Source: Eledone cirrhosa
Taxonomy: Eukaryota
Assembly (NCBI GenBank): GCA_964016885.1
Contig: OZ024760.1
Location: 1,922,001 to 1,986,000 of the forward strand
Length of the DNA stretch: 64,000 nt
Direction: 5' to 3'
Position numbers and translations under genes: made by a program
Shown here: piece by piece, positions 1-13,671 of the stretch
How positions within the stretch are numbered: position 1 is the first letter of the stretch
Layout: each line of letters starts with the position of its first letter
The notes under the pieces: model-generated
Seen by the model: the letters and a program-made list of their open reading frames with translations, nothing else
The model's database searches: none
Told to the model about the DNA's origin: nothing

Positions 1-546
1 ACCCACACACCATCACTACCACCATCATCACCACTACCACCACCACCATCATCATCACCACCACCACCACCTCCACCATCATCACCACTACCACCACCAC
101 CTCCACCATCACCACCACCACCACCATCATCATCACCACTACCACCACCACCTCCACCATCATCACCACTACCACCACTACCACCATCATCACCACTACC
201 ACCACCACCATCGTCACCACCATCACCACCACCACCACCATCATCACCACTATCATCACCACCACCATCATCATCACCACTACCACACCCACACACCACC
301 ACCACCAACAACAACAACAACAACATCAACAGAAATGAAGAATAACTTACTAAAAGTGTCTTAATTAGATCCCCCCCCATCTTTACTAAATGGAATCTAA
401 ATTTGAGTATCCTACCATTAAATATATTGAATTGGTATATATGTATGTAAGTGTGTATATATATATATATATACTGTATATATATATTTGTATATATATA
501 TATACATGCACACATATATATATACACACATATATATATATATATC

Positions 547-577
<31 letters not shown>

Positions 578-969
578 AAGTGTGCATGTGTGTATATACA
601 AATATATATATATATACAAATACATTTATATATATATATGTGTGTGTATGTATATATATATATATATATACAAATACATTTATATTTATATATATATATA
701 TATGTATGTATGCATGTATATATATATATATGTATGTGTGTGTGTATGAGTGAGTGTATATATATATATATATATGTGTGTATGTGTGTGTGTGTATGAG
801 TGAGTGTATATATATATATATGCATAGATATACTGGAGTGTAGAAAAACAACAGTTGATATATACAATAAAAAGTAGCTCTTGTATAATTGATTTTAAGA
901 GTTGAGACTCGAATAATAAAAAACATATATATATATATATACACACCCCTCCAATACACATACATAGAT

Positions 970-1016
<47 letters not shown>

Positions 1017-1124
1017 TATACATACATATATATATATACAGACATACATATATATACACATATGTACACATTCAGTATAAATCCATATTCAGTATAAATA
1101 TGTATATATATAGGTATAAATGTT

Positions 1125-1209
<85 letters not shown>

Positions 1210-1326
1210 GTATGTATATACACACATATATCTATACACATACACATTCATACATATATTTATACATCCCTATTCATTATAAATATGTATATATATAAAT
1301 AGGTATATTTGTGTGTATATACACAC

Positions 1327-1362
<36 letters not shown>

Positions 1363-2038
1363 GTATACACAGCCATATTTATACATACATACATTCATAC
1401 ATATATATATGTGTACACACACACACATATATATACACATATACACACACATATATATATGTATATATATGTATAACTGTGTCAAAGATCAAAGAATAAG
1501 GAGCTATGGGTTTTAAAATTACAAGAGTCCCCTTGGTTCTCTAAAAGTAAACATTTCCCTTGTTATGCCTCCAGCCTCTTCTTTCATACACACACACACA
1601 CACACACACAGATATACACACACTCACACACACAGATATATTCACACACACACACAGATATACACAAACACACACACAGATATACACACACTCACACACA
1701 CAGATATATACACACACACACACACAGATATACACACACTCACACACACACACAGATGTATACACACACTCACACACAGATATACACACAAATATGTGAG
1801 CACACACATACACACAGATGCATACACACACTCACACACAGATATACACATGAATATGTGAGCACATACATACACACGGATGCATACACACTCACACACA
1901 GATATACACACTAATATGTGAACACACACAGATGTATACACACACTCACACACAGATATACACACGAATATGATATATATAATATATATAATAAAACATA
2001 TTTTGATAATGTGAACGTCTTCATTTATTAATATTTTG

Positions 2039-2111
<73 letters not shown>

Positions 2112-2113
<2 letters not shown>

Positions 2114-2768
2114 CATCATCATTTAACGTCCATCTTCCACGCTTGCATGGGTTTGGACGGGAGTTTTCCCACTTGAGGCAAGAGTGGTTGTCATGCTCGC
2201 ATAGGACTGTCTGGCGGGTTTTCTACAGCTGGATGCCCTACCTAACACCAACCACATTTACAACCCAGTGTGGACTGGGAGGTATTTACCGTGTTACCTA
2301 CACGGCCACATTACAGCGTGGACTGTGTGTTTTTTTGTCGTGACACCTACACGATCTCATTTGTTTCGGACTGGATGTTGTGGTACCAACATAACTTCAC
2401 ATTTAAGGGGGTGGTGTGGATGGGGTGGGGGTAGTGGGTCGGGACTGTATTTTGTTAGAGGTGCCTACTGACTGTAGTAGGTTTCACTTTGTACTTAGGT
2501 AAGGCGGGTCTTCTCTATTACTGTGTAGCGCCAAAGATCTTGGTCCAGTAACATTGTCTTGGAAAGGTGTAAGTGTGTGAGGTCGGAATTTATCAAGTCG
2601 TCCCAGGTTTTTCTGGGTCTGCCTACTCCGTGGCTACCGTCTATTTTTATTGCCCTGCACTTTTTTATACAGCTGTCGTCTTTCATGCGCATCACGTGAC
2701 CATACCAACGTAGTCTTCTCTCGAGTAAACAACATCTGATCCCTCTTATTTCTAATTTTTCTAATTTC
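2112..2768 (-). mobile_element. 5'-truncated RTE-clade LINE (ORF C-terminus, 3' UTR, (GAT)n tail)
   Basis: RRLRWYGHVMRMKDDSCIKKC...GRPRKTWDDLINSDL...WR is a typical RTE C-terminus; 3' end ggacgttaaatgatgatg. Confidence 0.85.
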
Positions 2769-2779
2769 TAATATATATA

Positions 2780-3022
2780 TGGCAAGTAAGTATGTTTTGA
2801 AACAATGAGCAGGTTTGAAATTAGAAAATAGAATACCTTTCACCGTATTTTTGACTAAAGGAATTTTACTGATAATGGGGTTTAAAACCCTCAAATAAAT
2901 GGAAAGAGATGAGTATTGACGTACATTGACGTCACTACTCATCTTTTTCCATTTATCTGAGGGTTCTAAGGCCCATTATCAAGCTAAAATTCCTTTAGTC
3001 AAAAATACGGTGAAAGGTATTC

Positions 3023-3033
<11 letters not shown>
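2780..3033. repeat. Imperfect palindrome of about 100-bp arms, probably a PLE-type fold-back end
   Basis: 2820-2921 is the approximate reverse complement of 2927-3033; followed by (AT)n. Confidence 0.7.
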
Positions 3034-3087
<54 letters not shown>

Positions 3088-3551
3088 TCATCATCATCGT
3101 TTAACGTCTATCTTCCATGCTAGCATGTGTTAGATGGGAGTTATCCCACTTGAGGCAAGGTTGGTCGGGTGACAGTGTCTCGCTCGTATAGGACTATCTG
3201 GCAGGTTTTCTACGGCTGGATGCCCTTCCTAACACCAACCACGTTTACAGTGTGGAACTGGGAACTTTTTACCGTGTTTTCTACACGGCCACCATCATCA
3301 TCACAAGCATCATCATCATCACAATCATCATCATCATCATCATTATCAATATCCAACAACACCATCAACATCTTCTGCTCTGCCATCATCTTCTCATCTT
3401 CATCATTACAATCACCAACAACACTGACATGACCATCATCATCATCATCACCATCAGAGTCACCATCACTATCATCATCACCACCACCACCACCACGATC
3501 ATCCTCATCATCATCATCATCATCACCAACAGAATCACCATCCCTTAATAC

Positions 3552-3586
<35 letters not shown>

Positions 3587-3587
3587 A

Positions 3588-3836
3588 ATGATATTAATAA
3601 ATGGAAACTATATTTATAAAACCATATTTATTCTATTATATATATTTCAAGGATACCAAAACTTTGGTACGCCCTCATCAAATAAAATACAAAATTTGTT
3701 TTATAAATATCTCTTTGCTTATATATATATATATAGTTATGTAATAAACAACATAAGTTATTACATAACTAATAAGCTCTGTAACCTACATAGAGCACTC
3801 TTTTTTCCTGGACCTTTATGATGGAATTACTTCATT

Positions 3837-3838
<2 letters not shown>
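3588..3838 (-). mobile_element. Diverged copy of the 32.4-kb hammerhead element (core mutated to TTGATGA)
   Basis: Minus strand 3629-3689 reads tattttat|TTGATGA|gggcgtacca...tggtatcctt|GAAA|tatata|TA|atagaata, followed by the same gttttataaatatagtttccatttattaatatc tail. A stub of that tail also occurs near 12638-12663. Confidence 0.65.
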
Positions 3839-3887
<49 letters not shown>

Positions 3888-4022
3888 TGTCGATAAAATA
3901 AAGTACCAGTAATACACTGGATTAATTGCTGGCCTTGTGCCAAAAGTAGAAACAATTATATATATATCATATATATATATATTATATACACACACAGACA
4001 CACACATGTATGCATACACACA

Positions 4023-4110
4023 TAAGGGGTGCTGAAAAGTTCCAGGCTTTGGGTAAAAGAAAATACAGGACGATCAATTAATTATGATTTTATTCAACAT
4101 ATTCTCCTAG
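4023..4110 (+). mobile_element. mariner-like terminal fragment
   Basis: taaggggtgctgaaaagttcc resembles mariner TIRs. Confidence 0.45.
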
Positions 4111-4343
4111 ATTAACACCATCACTACTACACCACCACCACCACCACCAAAACTACCACCATACACCACTACCACCTCCACCACTACAACCACCACCTCC
4201 ACCACCAAGAACCAAATAGATTATATAAATAATATATATAAGTAAAATATATATATATAGTATAACATAAATAGTCTTTCTTTGACTTGTTGATGTAATT
4301 CTTTAGAGATAATTTAGAATCATAGCAAAAGCTAAACTTCTGA

Positions 4344-4374
<31 letters not shown>

Positions 4375-4453
4375 ATATATATATATGTGTGTGTATGTGT
4401 GTGTGCCTGTGTGTAAGTGTATATATATATGTCTTTTTATTTGCCTCTCACTG

Positions 4454-4500
<47 letters not shown>

Positions 4501-4622
4501 AATATATATATATACATATAAATATATATATACACATACATATATATACACATACATATATATGTATATAAATTTATTTTCTCTATATATATATATATAC
4601 ACACATATATATATGTATATAA

Positions 4623-4668
<46 letters not shown>

Positions 4669-4934
4669 TCATCATTTTATTGCCACATATATATATATAT
4701 ATATACACACACATATATATATATATATATACATGCATATCTCTCTCTCTCTCCCCCTCTCTCTGGCAAATTTCTGTTCCATTATCTTGGTTACTACAAG
4801 TTGTAAACGAGGAAACTACAAGAACCCAGTGATACTTCTCATTTCTCCCCAGAGCGATCTTTTAATGAATTCTGTCAGGCATGGAAGAGTGAAGCTGGTA
4901 AGATTGATCAGAACTGGCTCTCAGGAATAAACAC

Positions 4935-5990
4935 AACAGACAGCAGCAGTAATGGCTGACAACAACAACACAGCAGCAGCAGTAATGGCTGACAACAACA
5001 CAGCAGACAGATAGTAATGGCTGACAACAACAACACAGCAGCAGCAGTAATGGCTGACAACAACAACACAGCAGCAGCAGTAATGGCTGACAACAACAAC
5101 ACAGCAGCAGCAGTAATGGCTGACAACAACAACACAGCAGCAGCAGTAATGGCTGACAACAACAACACAGCAGACAGATAGTAATGGCTGAGAACAACAA
5201 CACAGCAGCAGCAGTAATGGCTGACAACAACAACACAACAGACAGATAGTAATGGCTGACAACAACAACACAGCAGCAGCAGTAATGGCTGACAACAACA
5301 ACACAACAGACAGATAGTAATGGCTGAGAACAACAACACAGCAGCAGCAGTAATGGCTGACAACAACACAACAGACATATAGTAATGGCTGACAACAACA
5401 ACACAGCAGCAGCAGTAATGGCTGACAACAACAACACGGCAGCATCAGCAACAATGGCTGACAACAACACAGCAGCAGCAGCAATAGCTAACAGTAGCAG
5501 CAGCAGTAATGGCTAACAGCAAGACAGCAGCAGCAGTAATGGCTAACAGCAAGACAGCAGCAGTAATGGCTGACAACAACAACACAGCAGCAGCAGCAAT
5601 GGCTAACAGCAAGACAGCAGCAGTAATGGCTGACAAGACAGCAGCAGCAGTAATGGCTAACAGCAAGACAGCAACAGTAATGGCTGACAACAACAAAAAT
5701 GGCTAACAGCAGCAACACAACAGCAGCAGCAGCAGTAATGGCTAACAACAACTACAGCAGCAGCAGCAATGGCTAACAGCAGCAACACAACAGCAGCAGT
5801 AATGGCTAACAACAGCAACAGCAGCAACACCAAGAGATAACAACAGGAGTAATAGCTGACAGCAGCAACACAACAGCAGCAGCATGACACAGCAGCAGTA
5901 AAAGCTAACAACAGTAATGGCTTACAACAAGACAACAGCAGCAGTTGATGTAATGGCTAACAACAGCAGCAGCAGCAGTAACAAGACACA
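4935..5990. repeat. About 30-36-bp minisatellite (cagcagcagtaatggctgacaacaacaaca)
   Basis: Direct tandem repetition, degrading to the right. Confidence 0.9.
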
Positions 5991-6298
5991 ACAGAAGCAA
6001 TGACAGCAGTAAATCTCGTTTGTTGAGAGATATTTTATTAAAACTCAAGTTTTAATAAAATAACTGTTTCTACTTTAGGCACAAGGCCAGCAATTAATCA
6101 GTACATTACTGGTACTTTTATTTTATCGACCCTGTAAGGATGAAAGGCAAAGTCAACCTCCGTGGGATTTGAACTCAGATCGTAAAGGGACGTAACTATG
6201 CTGGAAAGCATGGCGTCCGACCCTCTACCAATACTGCCAATCCAATAAAATAACAATTAGATGAAATATTTCTGAATGTTTGGTCAAATAAGAGATAT

Positions 6299-7070
6299 TT
6301 AACCCTTTAGCATTTAAACCAGCCATATCTGGGCAGAATTCTCTCACTGTTTTCTATTCAAACTGGATGTAACTGGCCATTCATACTTATGTTAAGGTAT
6401 TGTTCTTAAAATAAATAATATCAAAAATCTCATAGATTCGATGTTATGTGAGATAACAGGTTTGCAGTCGTGCCCTTGGCAGTGGAGACTTCTCGTGTCC
6501 TTGGTCCTAGGGATACCTCCCTATTCACCACCATAGGCGCTGAGCTGGCTAGTTGCAGATGTGAGCCTCGCGAGATGGAATGCCTCTCCCTTACCATCCT
6601 CCGGGGAAATGCCTTCTCTATTCTGTCCACCGGGGCTGTGGGGTGGCCAGCATTTGAGACCCCATTAGCTCACTATAGAGAGAGTGGGGAGAGGGCAAGC
6701 GAGATGGGGGGCGATGACAGTGGGAGTTTGGTTCCTCTGTGTTTAGACACACTGCACCCGTCATGTGGTTCATGCGATAATATATATGTGTATTATGTGA
6801 GGTAAAGCCTTTACTGTGGAAATATAATTGTTTCTACTTTTGGCACAAGGCTAGCAATTAACCCAGTACATTACTGGTACTTTATTTTATCGACCCCGTA
6901 AGGATGAAAGGCAAAGTTAACCTCGGTGGGATTTGAACTCAGACCATAAAGGGCCGTAACTCTATGCTGCAAAGCATGGCGTCCGACCCTCTACCGATAC
7001 TGCCATACCACCGTCTTTACTGTGAAAATACAATAGTAAATATAGAGTAATGTAAATGATAAAGGGTTAA
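6299..7070 (+). mobile_element. piggyBac-type MITE carrying nested CRE and SINE insertions
   Basis: TTAA|ccctttagcattta at 6299 and taaatgataaaggg|TTAA at 7070; body matches the 54741 copy. Confidence 0.75.
6458..6780 (+). mobile_element. 3' fragment of a CRE-like non-LTR element nested in a MITE
   Basis: FAVVPLAVETSRVLGP...IGAELAS...EPRE...LSLTILRGNAFSIL resembles the P.AVET.G...QRLS.AIQRGNA end of the restriction-like endonuclease domain. Confidence 0.6.
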
Positions 7071-7529
7071 ATGAGACATATTTAATGATGGCATGGAGAG
7101 TGGAGTGAAGTGGAGTGGAGTGGGGGTGGAGTGGGGGTGGAGTGGTGGGTGGAGTGGTGGGTGGTGGGTAGAGTTGGATGATGATGATGATGACCACAAC
7201 TGTGATAATGATGATAGTGATGACGATGCTGATGATGATGATGGTGTTGATGGTGATGGTGATAAGCACTACTATGATGATGATGATGATGATGGTGTTG
7301 ATGGTGATGATGATGACGATGATGGTGATGGTGATAGTGATGTGAGTCAGATCATTTTAGAAACAGTTCATCAATTTTCTCTGCGTGAGAGAGGAGAGAG
7401 AGAGAGAGTGTGAGAGTGAGAGAGAGAGTGTGAGAGAGTGTGAGAGAGTGTGAGAGAGTGTGAGAGAGTGTGAGAGAGAGAGTGTGTGAGAGAGTGAGAG
7501 AGAGAATTGAGTGGCATTAACATATGAAG

Positions 7530-8665
7530 GTGATTAAAACAGCTGCTGCTGTTGCTGCTGATATTGCTGCTGCTGTTGTTGTTACTGTTGCTGCTGCTGT
7601 TGTTGTTACTGTTGCTGTTGTTGCTGTTGCTGATGTTATTGTTGTTGCTGTTGCTTCTGCTGCTGATGATGATATTGCTGATGCTGTTGCTGCTGATATT
7701 GCTGATATTGCTGCTGCTGTTGCTGTTGTTATTGTTGTTGCTGCTGCTACCGTTGCTGCTGCTGCTGTTGCTGATGTTATTGTTGTTGCTGCTGCTGTTG
7801 ATATTGTTGCTGTTACTGTTGTTGTATCTTCATTCATTCCAATCACCACTGTATTGTGTGGTGGCGGTGTTGGTGGTCAAGATGACCATCTCATTTGAGG
7901 TGGTTGAGATGGTGGTGGTGTTGGTGTTGGTAGTGGTGTTGGTGGTGGTGGTGTTGGTGGTGGTGGTGTTGGTGGTGGGGGTGGGGGTGTTGGTGCTAGT
8001 AGTGGTGTTGGTGGTGGTGGTGTTGGTGGTGGTAGTGGTGTTGATAGTGGTGGTGTTGGTGCTGGTAGTGGTGTTGGTGGTGGTGGTGTTGGTGGTGTTA
8101 GTGGTGTTGATGGTGGTCGTGTTGGTGGTGTTAGTGGTGGTGGTGGTAGTGGTGGTGTTGGTAGTGGTGTTGGTGGTGGTGGTGTTGTGGTGGTGGTGTT
8201 GGTGGTGTTAGTGGTGTTGATAGTGGTGGTGTTGGTGCTGGTAGTGGTGTTGGTGGTGGTAGTGGTGTTGGTGGTGGTAGTGGTGTTGATGGTGGTGGTG
8301 TTGGTGGTGTTAGTGGTGTTGATAGTGGTGGTGTTGGTGCTGGTAGTGGTGTTGGTGGTGGTAGTGGTGTTGATGGTGGTGGTGTTGGTGGTGTTAGTGG
8401 TGTTGATGGTGGTCGTGTTGGTGGTGTTAGTGGTGTTGATAGTGGTGGTGTTGGTGGTGGTAGTGGTGTTGATGATGGTGGTGTTGGTGCTGGTAGTGGT
8501 GGTGGTGTTGGTGGTGGTAGTGGTGTTGGTGGTGGTAGTGGTGGTGTTGGTGGTGGTAGTGGTGTTGATGATGGTGGTGTTGGTGCTGGTAGTGGTGTTG
8601 ATGATGGTGGTAGTTAGTATTAGTAGTAGCCATTGTATGGTGGTGTTTATGATGATGATGATGAA
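7530..8665. repeat. (GTT/GCT)n then (GGT)n compound microsatellite
   Basis: Direct observation. Confidence 0.9.
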
Positions 8666-9159
8666 GATGGCAGCAGTAATGGCGGATGGCTAGTTTTTCT
8701 GGCTAGGTCTTCGTGAAACAAATCATTTTGTGTGTTATCAGTCATTACAGTTTAAAGTCAGTTTTGTTTACAAGTGAAAACTGTCAGTGCGAGAGTGAGC
8801 AAATCATTTATATATCGGTAAGGCAGGTAGTAGGTAGTGAGTGGTTCAACAATAATAAATGGTATGGTAATGGTGTAGTAATGGTACAACATTGTAACAA
8901 TGGTAGCTTTTACATTTAAACATGCGAGGCTAAAATATAATTGAAATACAATATCTTGTCCGCTTCACTTTTTATTGTGTTTTCAATAATTTTCAATAAA
9001 TGTTGTCGATGTCTTCCTAATGTTTTCTTAATACTTTCTTAATAACGAAAATCTGTTTAGACTGGTCGGTTGGTCTGATGGTCGGTTGGTTGGTTGGTTG
9101 GTTGGTTGGTTGGTTGGTTCGTTGGTTGGAATAGTTTTTCAATGAGAGGGCAAATAAGA

Positions 9160-9810
9160 GAATGTTGGAGATGATATTGGTGATGAGAGTTTGAGGAGAT
9201 GAGAGAATGAGATGAGTATTTGAGAAGATGAGATTGGAGATGAGAGAATGGTGGGAGATGATGCTGGAGATGAAATTGGAGATGAGAGAATGGAGAAATG
9301 AGAGATTGAGAAGATGAGATTGGAGATGAAAGAATGGGGGAGATGAGATTGGAGATGAGAGATTGAGATGAGAGAACGGGGAAATGATATTGGAGATGAG
9401 AGAATGGGGAAATGATATTGGAGATGAGAGAATAAGTGGAATGAGAATGGAGGTGAGAGAATGGGAAGATGAGATTAGAGGTGAGAAATTGGAGATGAAA
9501 GAATGGGGAAGATGAGATTGGAGATGAGAGATTGAGATGAGAGAATGGTGGGAGATGATATTGGCGATGAAAGAATGAGGTGGGGGAGTTTGGAGATGAG
9601 AGAATAAGGGGAATGAGAATGGGGAGATGAGAGATTGAGGAGATGAGAGAGTGATGGAGATGAGAGAGTGGTGGAGATGAGAGAATGGGGAGGGCGAGTT
9701 TGAAGATGAAAGAATGGGGGAAGGGGAGATAGGAGATGAGTGAATGAGATCAGATTGGAGATAAAAAGAATGGGGGAGGAGGAGTTTGGAGATAAGAGAA
9801 TGGGGGGAGG
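9160..9810. repeat. Degenerate purine-rich repeat (gagatgagagaatgg)
   Basis: Direct observation. Confidence 0.8.
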
Positions 9811-10872
9811 TGAAATTCGTTGTTCGCTAAATGTGTTAATAAGAGGCCAGTCAGAGAGTTGACCAAACAGTTTGCTATTTGTGTACTTTATTAATGACAT
9901 GGTAGCAGGCCCTAACAAAACTTTAAGGCACAGTCAACAGAGTAGTAAATAGGCCCCACAAGGAGGTGAATGGTATGATTTTGTTATGCTTCAAACCTAA
10001 TAAGTTTAGCCCCCCCCCCCTTTGTTTTTATTGCTGAAGCATATAGACAATATGCCCTCACCCCCCACTGACATGTGGTCGTGGAGGTGCCACAGCAAAA
10101 AAGCACCCGACCCACACTGTAAAGTGGTCATGCAGGCACCACGGAAAAAAAGCACCCAGCACTCACTGTAAATGAGGTTGGTGTTAGGAAGGGCATCCAG
10201 CTGTAGAAATCAAGCCAGATCAGTTCCCGTATGAGCCAAGACAAGGTCAGCCGACCGGACACTGCCCACAACAGGACAACCCGTCTAACCCATGATAGTG
10301 TGGAAGAATGGACGTAAAACAGTGATGATGATGATGATGATGATGATGATGAGTGTCATCCTACAGGAAGTTTCTTGGTTGTTTGATCCAATAGGTGGCA
10401 GTAGTTCCAGCTGCACGCATCAAAAGACTGCTGTAGTGGTTCTGAGAACAATGTGGCTTTGCAGATGATCAATGGAAATTGACAATGGAGAGGCGCTCCC
10501 GCTCAAGTTAGAAGAGAACTATTGACCTTCAGGAGAAGCAGCGATCCCCTCATTGTATTCAGCAACTGAAACAAATATGAAGAACACCAAATCCAATGCT
10601 CCTAGGGGCAGCCCTGGTTCTTCTTATTTGCGAGTGTAAACTCGGCCAGATTAGAGATTAGATAGATTGGTTGTTTCAAAACATAGGGTCCCCAATCCAA
10701 ATATGCCAACATTGTCAACATTCTGATGACACAGTAAATGTTGCCAGTCATAGAAAACCTACCAAAGAATGAATTACGATGATTCTTCAGCTGTGTCAAA
10801 GACATAAAAACCTCCTTAACCTCTTCAGTGCCACAGACGAGATAACTCATCCTAACATGTATGTATCCCAGT

Positions 10873-11085
10873 GCATCATCATCATCATCATTTTACGTCC
10901 GCTTTTCTCTGCTTGCAAGGGTTGGACGGATCCTATTCAACATCTCTCCATTCATCACAGTCCTTCGTCATCTCCTCTATGAGCTTCAGCGATCTGAGGT
11001 CAGCTCTCACCACCTCCGCCCATGTTTTTCGTGGTCTTCCTCTACTGTGTCTCCCTTCTACTGAGATTTCTTGGCAATTCTTGCA
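10873..11085 (-). mobile_element. 3' end of a second RTE LINE; likely partner of the CORE-type SINE
   Basis: Minus strand translation CQEISVEGRHSRGRPRKTWAEVVRADLRSLKLIEEMTKDCDEWRDVE*, then ccaacccttgcaagcagagaaaagcggacgtaaaatgatgatg, which matches the SINE tail. Confidence 0.8.
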
Positions 11086-11722
11086 TCTTCAAACTTATCA
11101 ACTAGCAAAGCAACAAATGTTTGTATATATACATAAAGTTTATATACATAAACTTTTTGATGATTTAATGTTAAAGAATAAAAACCAATTATAAAATAAA
11201 AATATATTCTTTTTCAAAAACGAGGATCCTCCCTCTGAAAGTGAGTTGCCCTAACCTATAGGTTCTTTAGTTTATAGGTAAGTCCAGCAATGGTTCCTTC
11301 TTACAGTAAAACACACAAGGATACATACAGTACACTACAGTGTATGTATTCTAAAGAAACGAAATACATATACATATGAATAAATAAACTAAAAACAAAC
11401 AACATTATTCTGATGTAAGATCATTGAAACCGTCCCACCTCATAGAAAAAATTAGGGGAGTACAGGCCATTTAACAGAAAGAATAACAAAAGTTGATTTT
11501 TTTTTTTACTTCCACAAATACCCCCCCCCCCCCTCACAAATAACCCCTCACACACATACAAATAACATCCCCCCCCCACACACACAAATAACATGGAATG
11601 TTGTCAATAACACCAAAATAACGTACCAAAGATGTGAGTCATAGATTAAGTTCCCTCTTTTTTTTTTTTTGAGTGGAACAATTAGCCAAATTATTAAGCA
11701 AGAAATAAATAAAGACACACAG

Positions 11723-11769
<47 letters not shown>

Positions 11770-11916
11770 CATATATATACATATATATACTAGATGTAAA
11801 AAAGTTATACATATATAAAATATTCCTACATAAATATTTATATAAAAATAATATAAATATATATATATAAATAAAAATAAATATATATGTGTGTATATAT
11901 ATATAAATAAATATAT

Positions 11917-11966
<50 letters not shown>

Positions 11967-11975
11967 ATATATATT

Positions 11976-12006
<31 letters not shown>

Positions 12007-12079
12007 CTATAATATATATGTATATATATATGTATGTAAATATGAAAAGAGAATAAATAAATATATAATGATTGCTTAC

Positions 12080-12237
12080 CATTTTCGTCCTCCACTTCCA
12101 TAGGAGCTGTGAAGATTCGGTTAGCAACACGCACCTTTCCTGGGTGATAATGGGGTCCATCTACTTTACCTTCTTTGCATAATTTGCCAAGAATTTGAGT
12201 TGGTTTCATTGGATCACGCCAGACATTGTAACCAGAT
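12080..12237 (-). CDS. OTOF: Internal coding exon of an otoferlin-like ferlin (segment between the last two C2 domains)
   Basis: Translation [52 protein letters not shown](G) closely matches the otoferlin segment I recall as [53 protein letters not shown]. Acceptor ttcaattccAG precedes 12237 and donor GTAAG follows 12080; 158 nt, phase 2 to phase 1. Confidence 0.92.
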
Positions 12238-12691
12238 CTGGAATTGAACATTGTTTAATGGTTAGAATATATAATAAATTAATAAGTTATTTGTATGATA
12301 AATGTATGTATAAATGTATATATATAAATATATATATACATATATGTATATGAATATATATATATATGAATATATATATATATGAATATATATATATGAA
12401 TATATATATAGAAATGAGATGATAGGGACTGGGGTCCATATCATTCCACTGCAAAGTGGTCGTGGAGGTGCCATGGAAAAAAAGCACCCAGCACTCACTG
12501 TAAATGAGGTTGGTGTTAGGAAGGGCATCCAGCTGTAGAAATCAAGCCAGTATCAGTTCCCATCCCACCCTTGCAAGCAGGGAAAAGCGGATGTAAAATG
12601 AAACTAACTAAACTAATATATATATATATATATAAGCAAATATAGTTTCCATTTATTAATATCATTGATATATATATATATATTTATATTC

Positions 12692-12747
<56 letters not shown>

Positions 12748-12755
<8 letters not shown>

Positions 12756-13087
12756 TTGGAATAAATGCTCTGAAATAGCGATATATATGTGAATATAGAC
12801 ATAGAATATTCGAAAATATTCTGTATGTTTATAATAAACATTTTGAAGACCTAATCGCTATAGAATAGAATACGTCACGTATTACAATTAGATTCTCGAT
12901 AAAAGCAAGGGAAGTAATCTACGCGTTTCATTCTCGTTAGAAATCATCAGGACTACATATCCAGTGCTTTTATCGAGAATGACACAGCTAGAGACTGATA
13001 GAATACTTAGCTGTGTACAGGAACTGGTTTGAAAGAGCGGTTGCCGGTCCGGCAGAAATTAGAAATTGGAATAAATGCTCTGAAATA
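12748..13087 (-). mobile_element. Inverted about 1.1-unit copy of the 310-bp repeat
   Basis: Reverse complement of 13231-13570 with one mismatch seen; preceded by (AT)n; short aatgctc duplication at the junction. Confidence 0.9.
12914..12956 (-). ncRNA. Type I hammerhead ribozyme (inverted copy, sense to the ferlin gene)
   Basis: gtaatctacgcgtttcattctcgttagaaatcatcaggactac is the exact reverse complement of the array hammerhead. Confidence 0.83.
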
Positions 13088-13361
13088 AATGCTCTTCCCT
13101 TGCTTTTATCGAGAATCTAATTGTAATACGTGACGTATTCTATTCTATAGCGATTAGGTCTTCAAAATGTTTATTATAAACATACAGAATATTTTCGAAT
13201 ATTCTATGTCTATATTCACATATATATCGCTATTTCAGAGCATTTATTCCAATTTCTAATTTCTGCCGGACCGGCAACCGCTCTTTCAAACCAGTTCCTG
13301 TACACAGCTAAGTATTCTATAAGTCTCTAGCTGTGTCATTCTCGATAAAAGCACTGGATAT

Positions 13362-13404
13362 GTAGTCCTGATGATTTCTAACGAGAATGAAACGCGTAGA
13401 TTAC
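13362..13404 (+). ncRNA. Type I hammerhead ribozyme (array copy 1)
   Basis: gtagtc|CTGATGA|t-ttct-aacg-agaa-t|GAAA|cgcg|TA|gattac. Stem I gtagtc/gattac is extended by a perfect 16-bp helix (13338-13353/13411-13426). Stem III is the palindrome acgcgt. Predicted cut after GUA at 13398. Confidence 0.85.
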
Positions 13405-13671
13405 TTCCCTTGCTTTTATCGAGAATCTAATTGTAATACGTGACGTATTCTATTCTATAGCGATTAGGTCTTCAAAATGTTTATTATAAACATACAGAAT
13501 ATTTTCGAATATTCTATGTCTATATTCACATATATATCGCTATTTCAGAGCATTTATTCCAATTTCTAATTTCTGCCGGACCGGCAACCGCTCTTTCAAA
13601 CCAGTTCCTGTACACAGCTAAGTATTCTATAAGTCTCTAGCTGTGTCATTCTCGATAAAAGCACTGGATAT

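Noticed and set aside
4862-5484. Cys-rich and hydrophobic repeat ORFs
   Set aside because: Variable-length minisatellite units shift frame; no splice or homology support.
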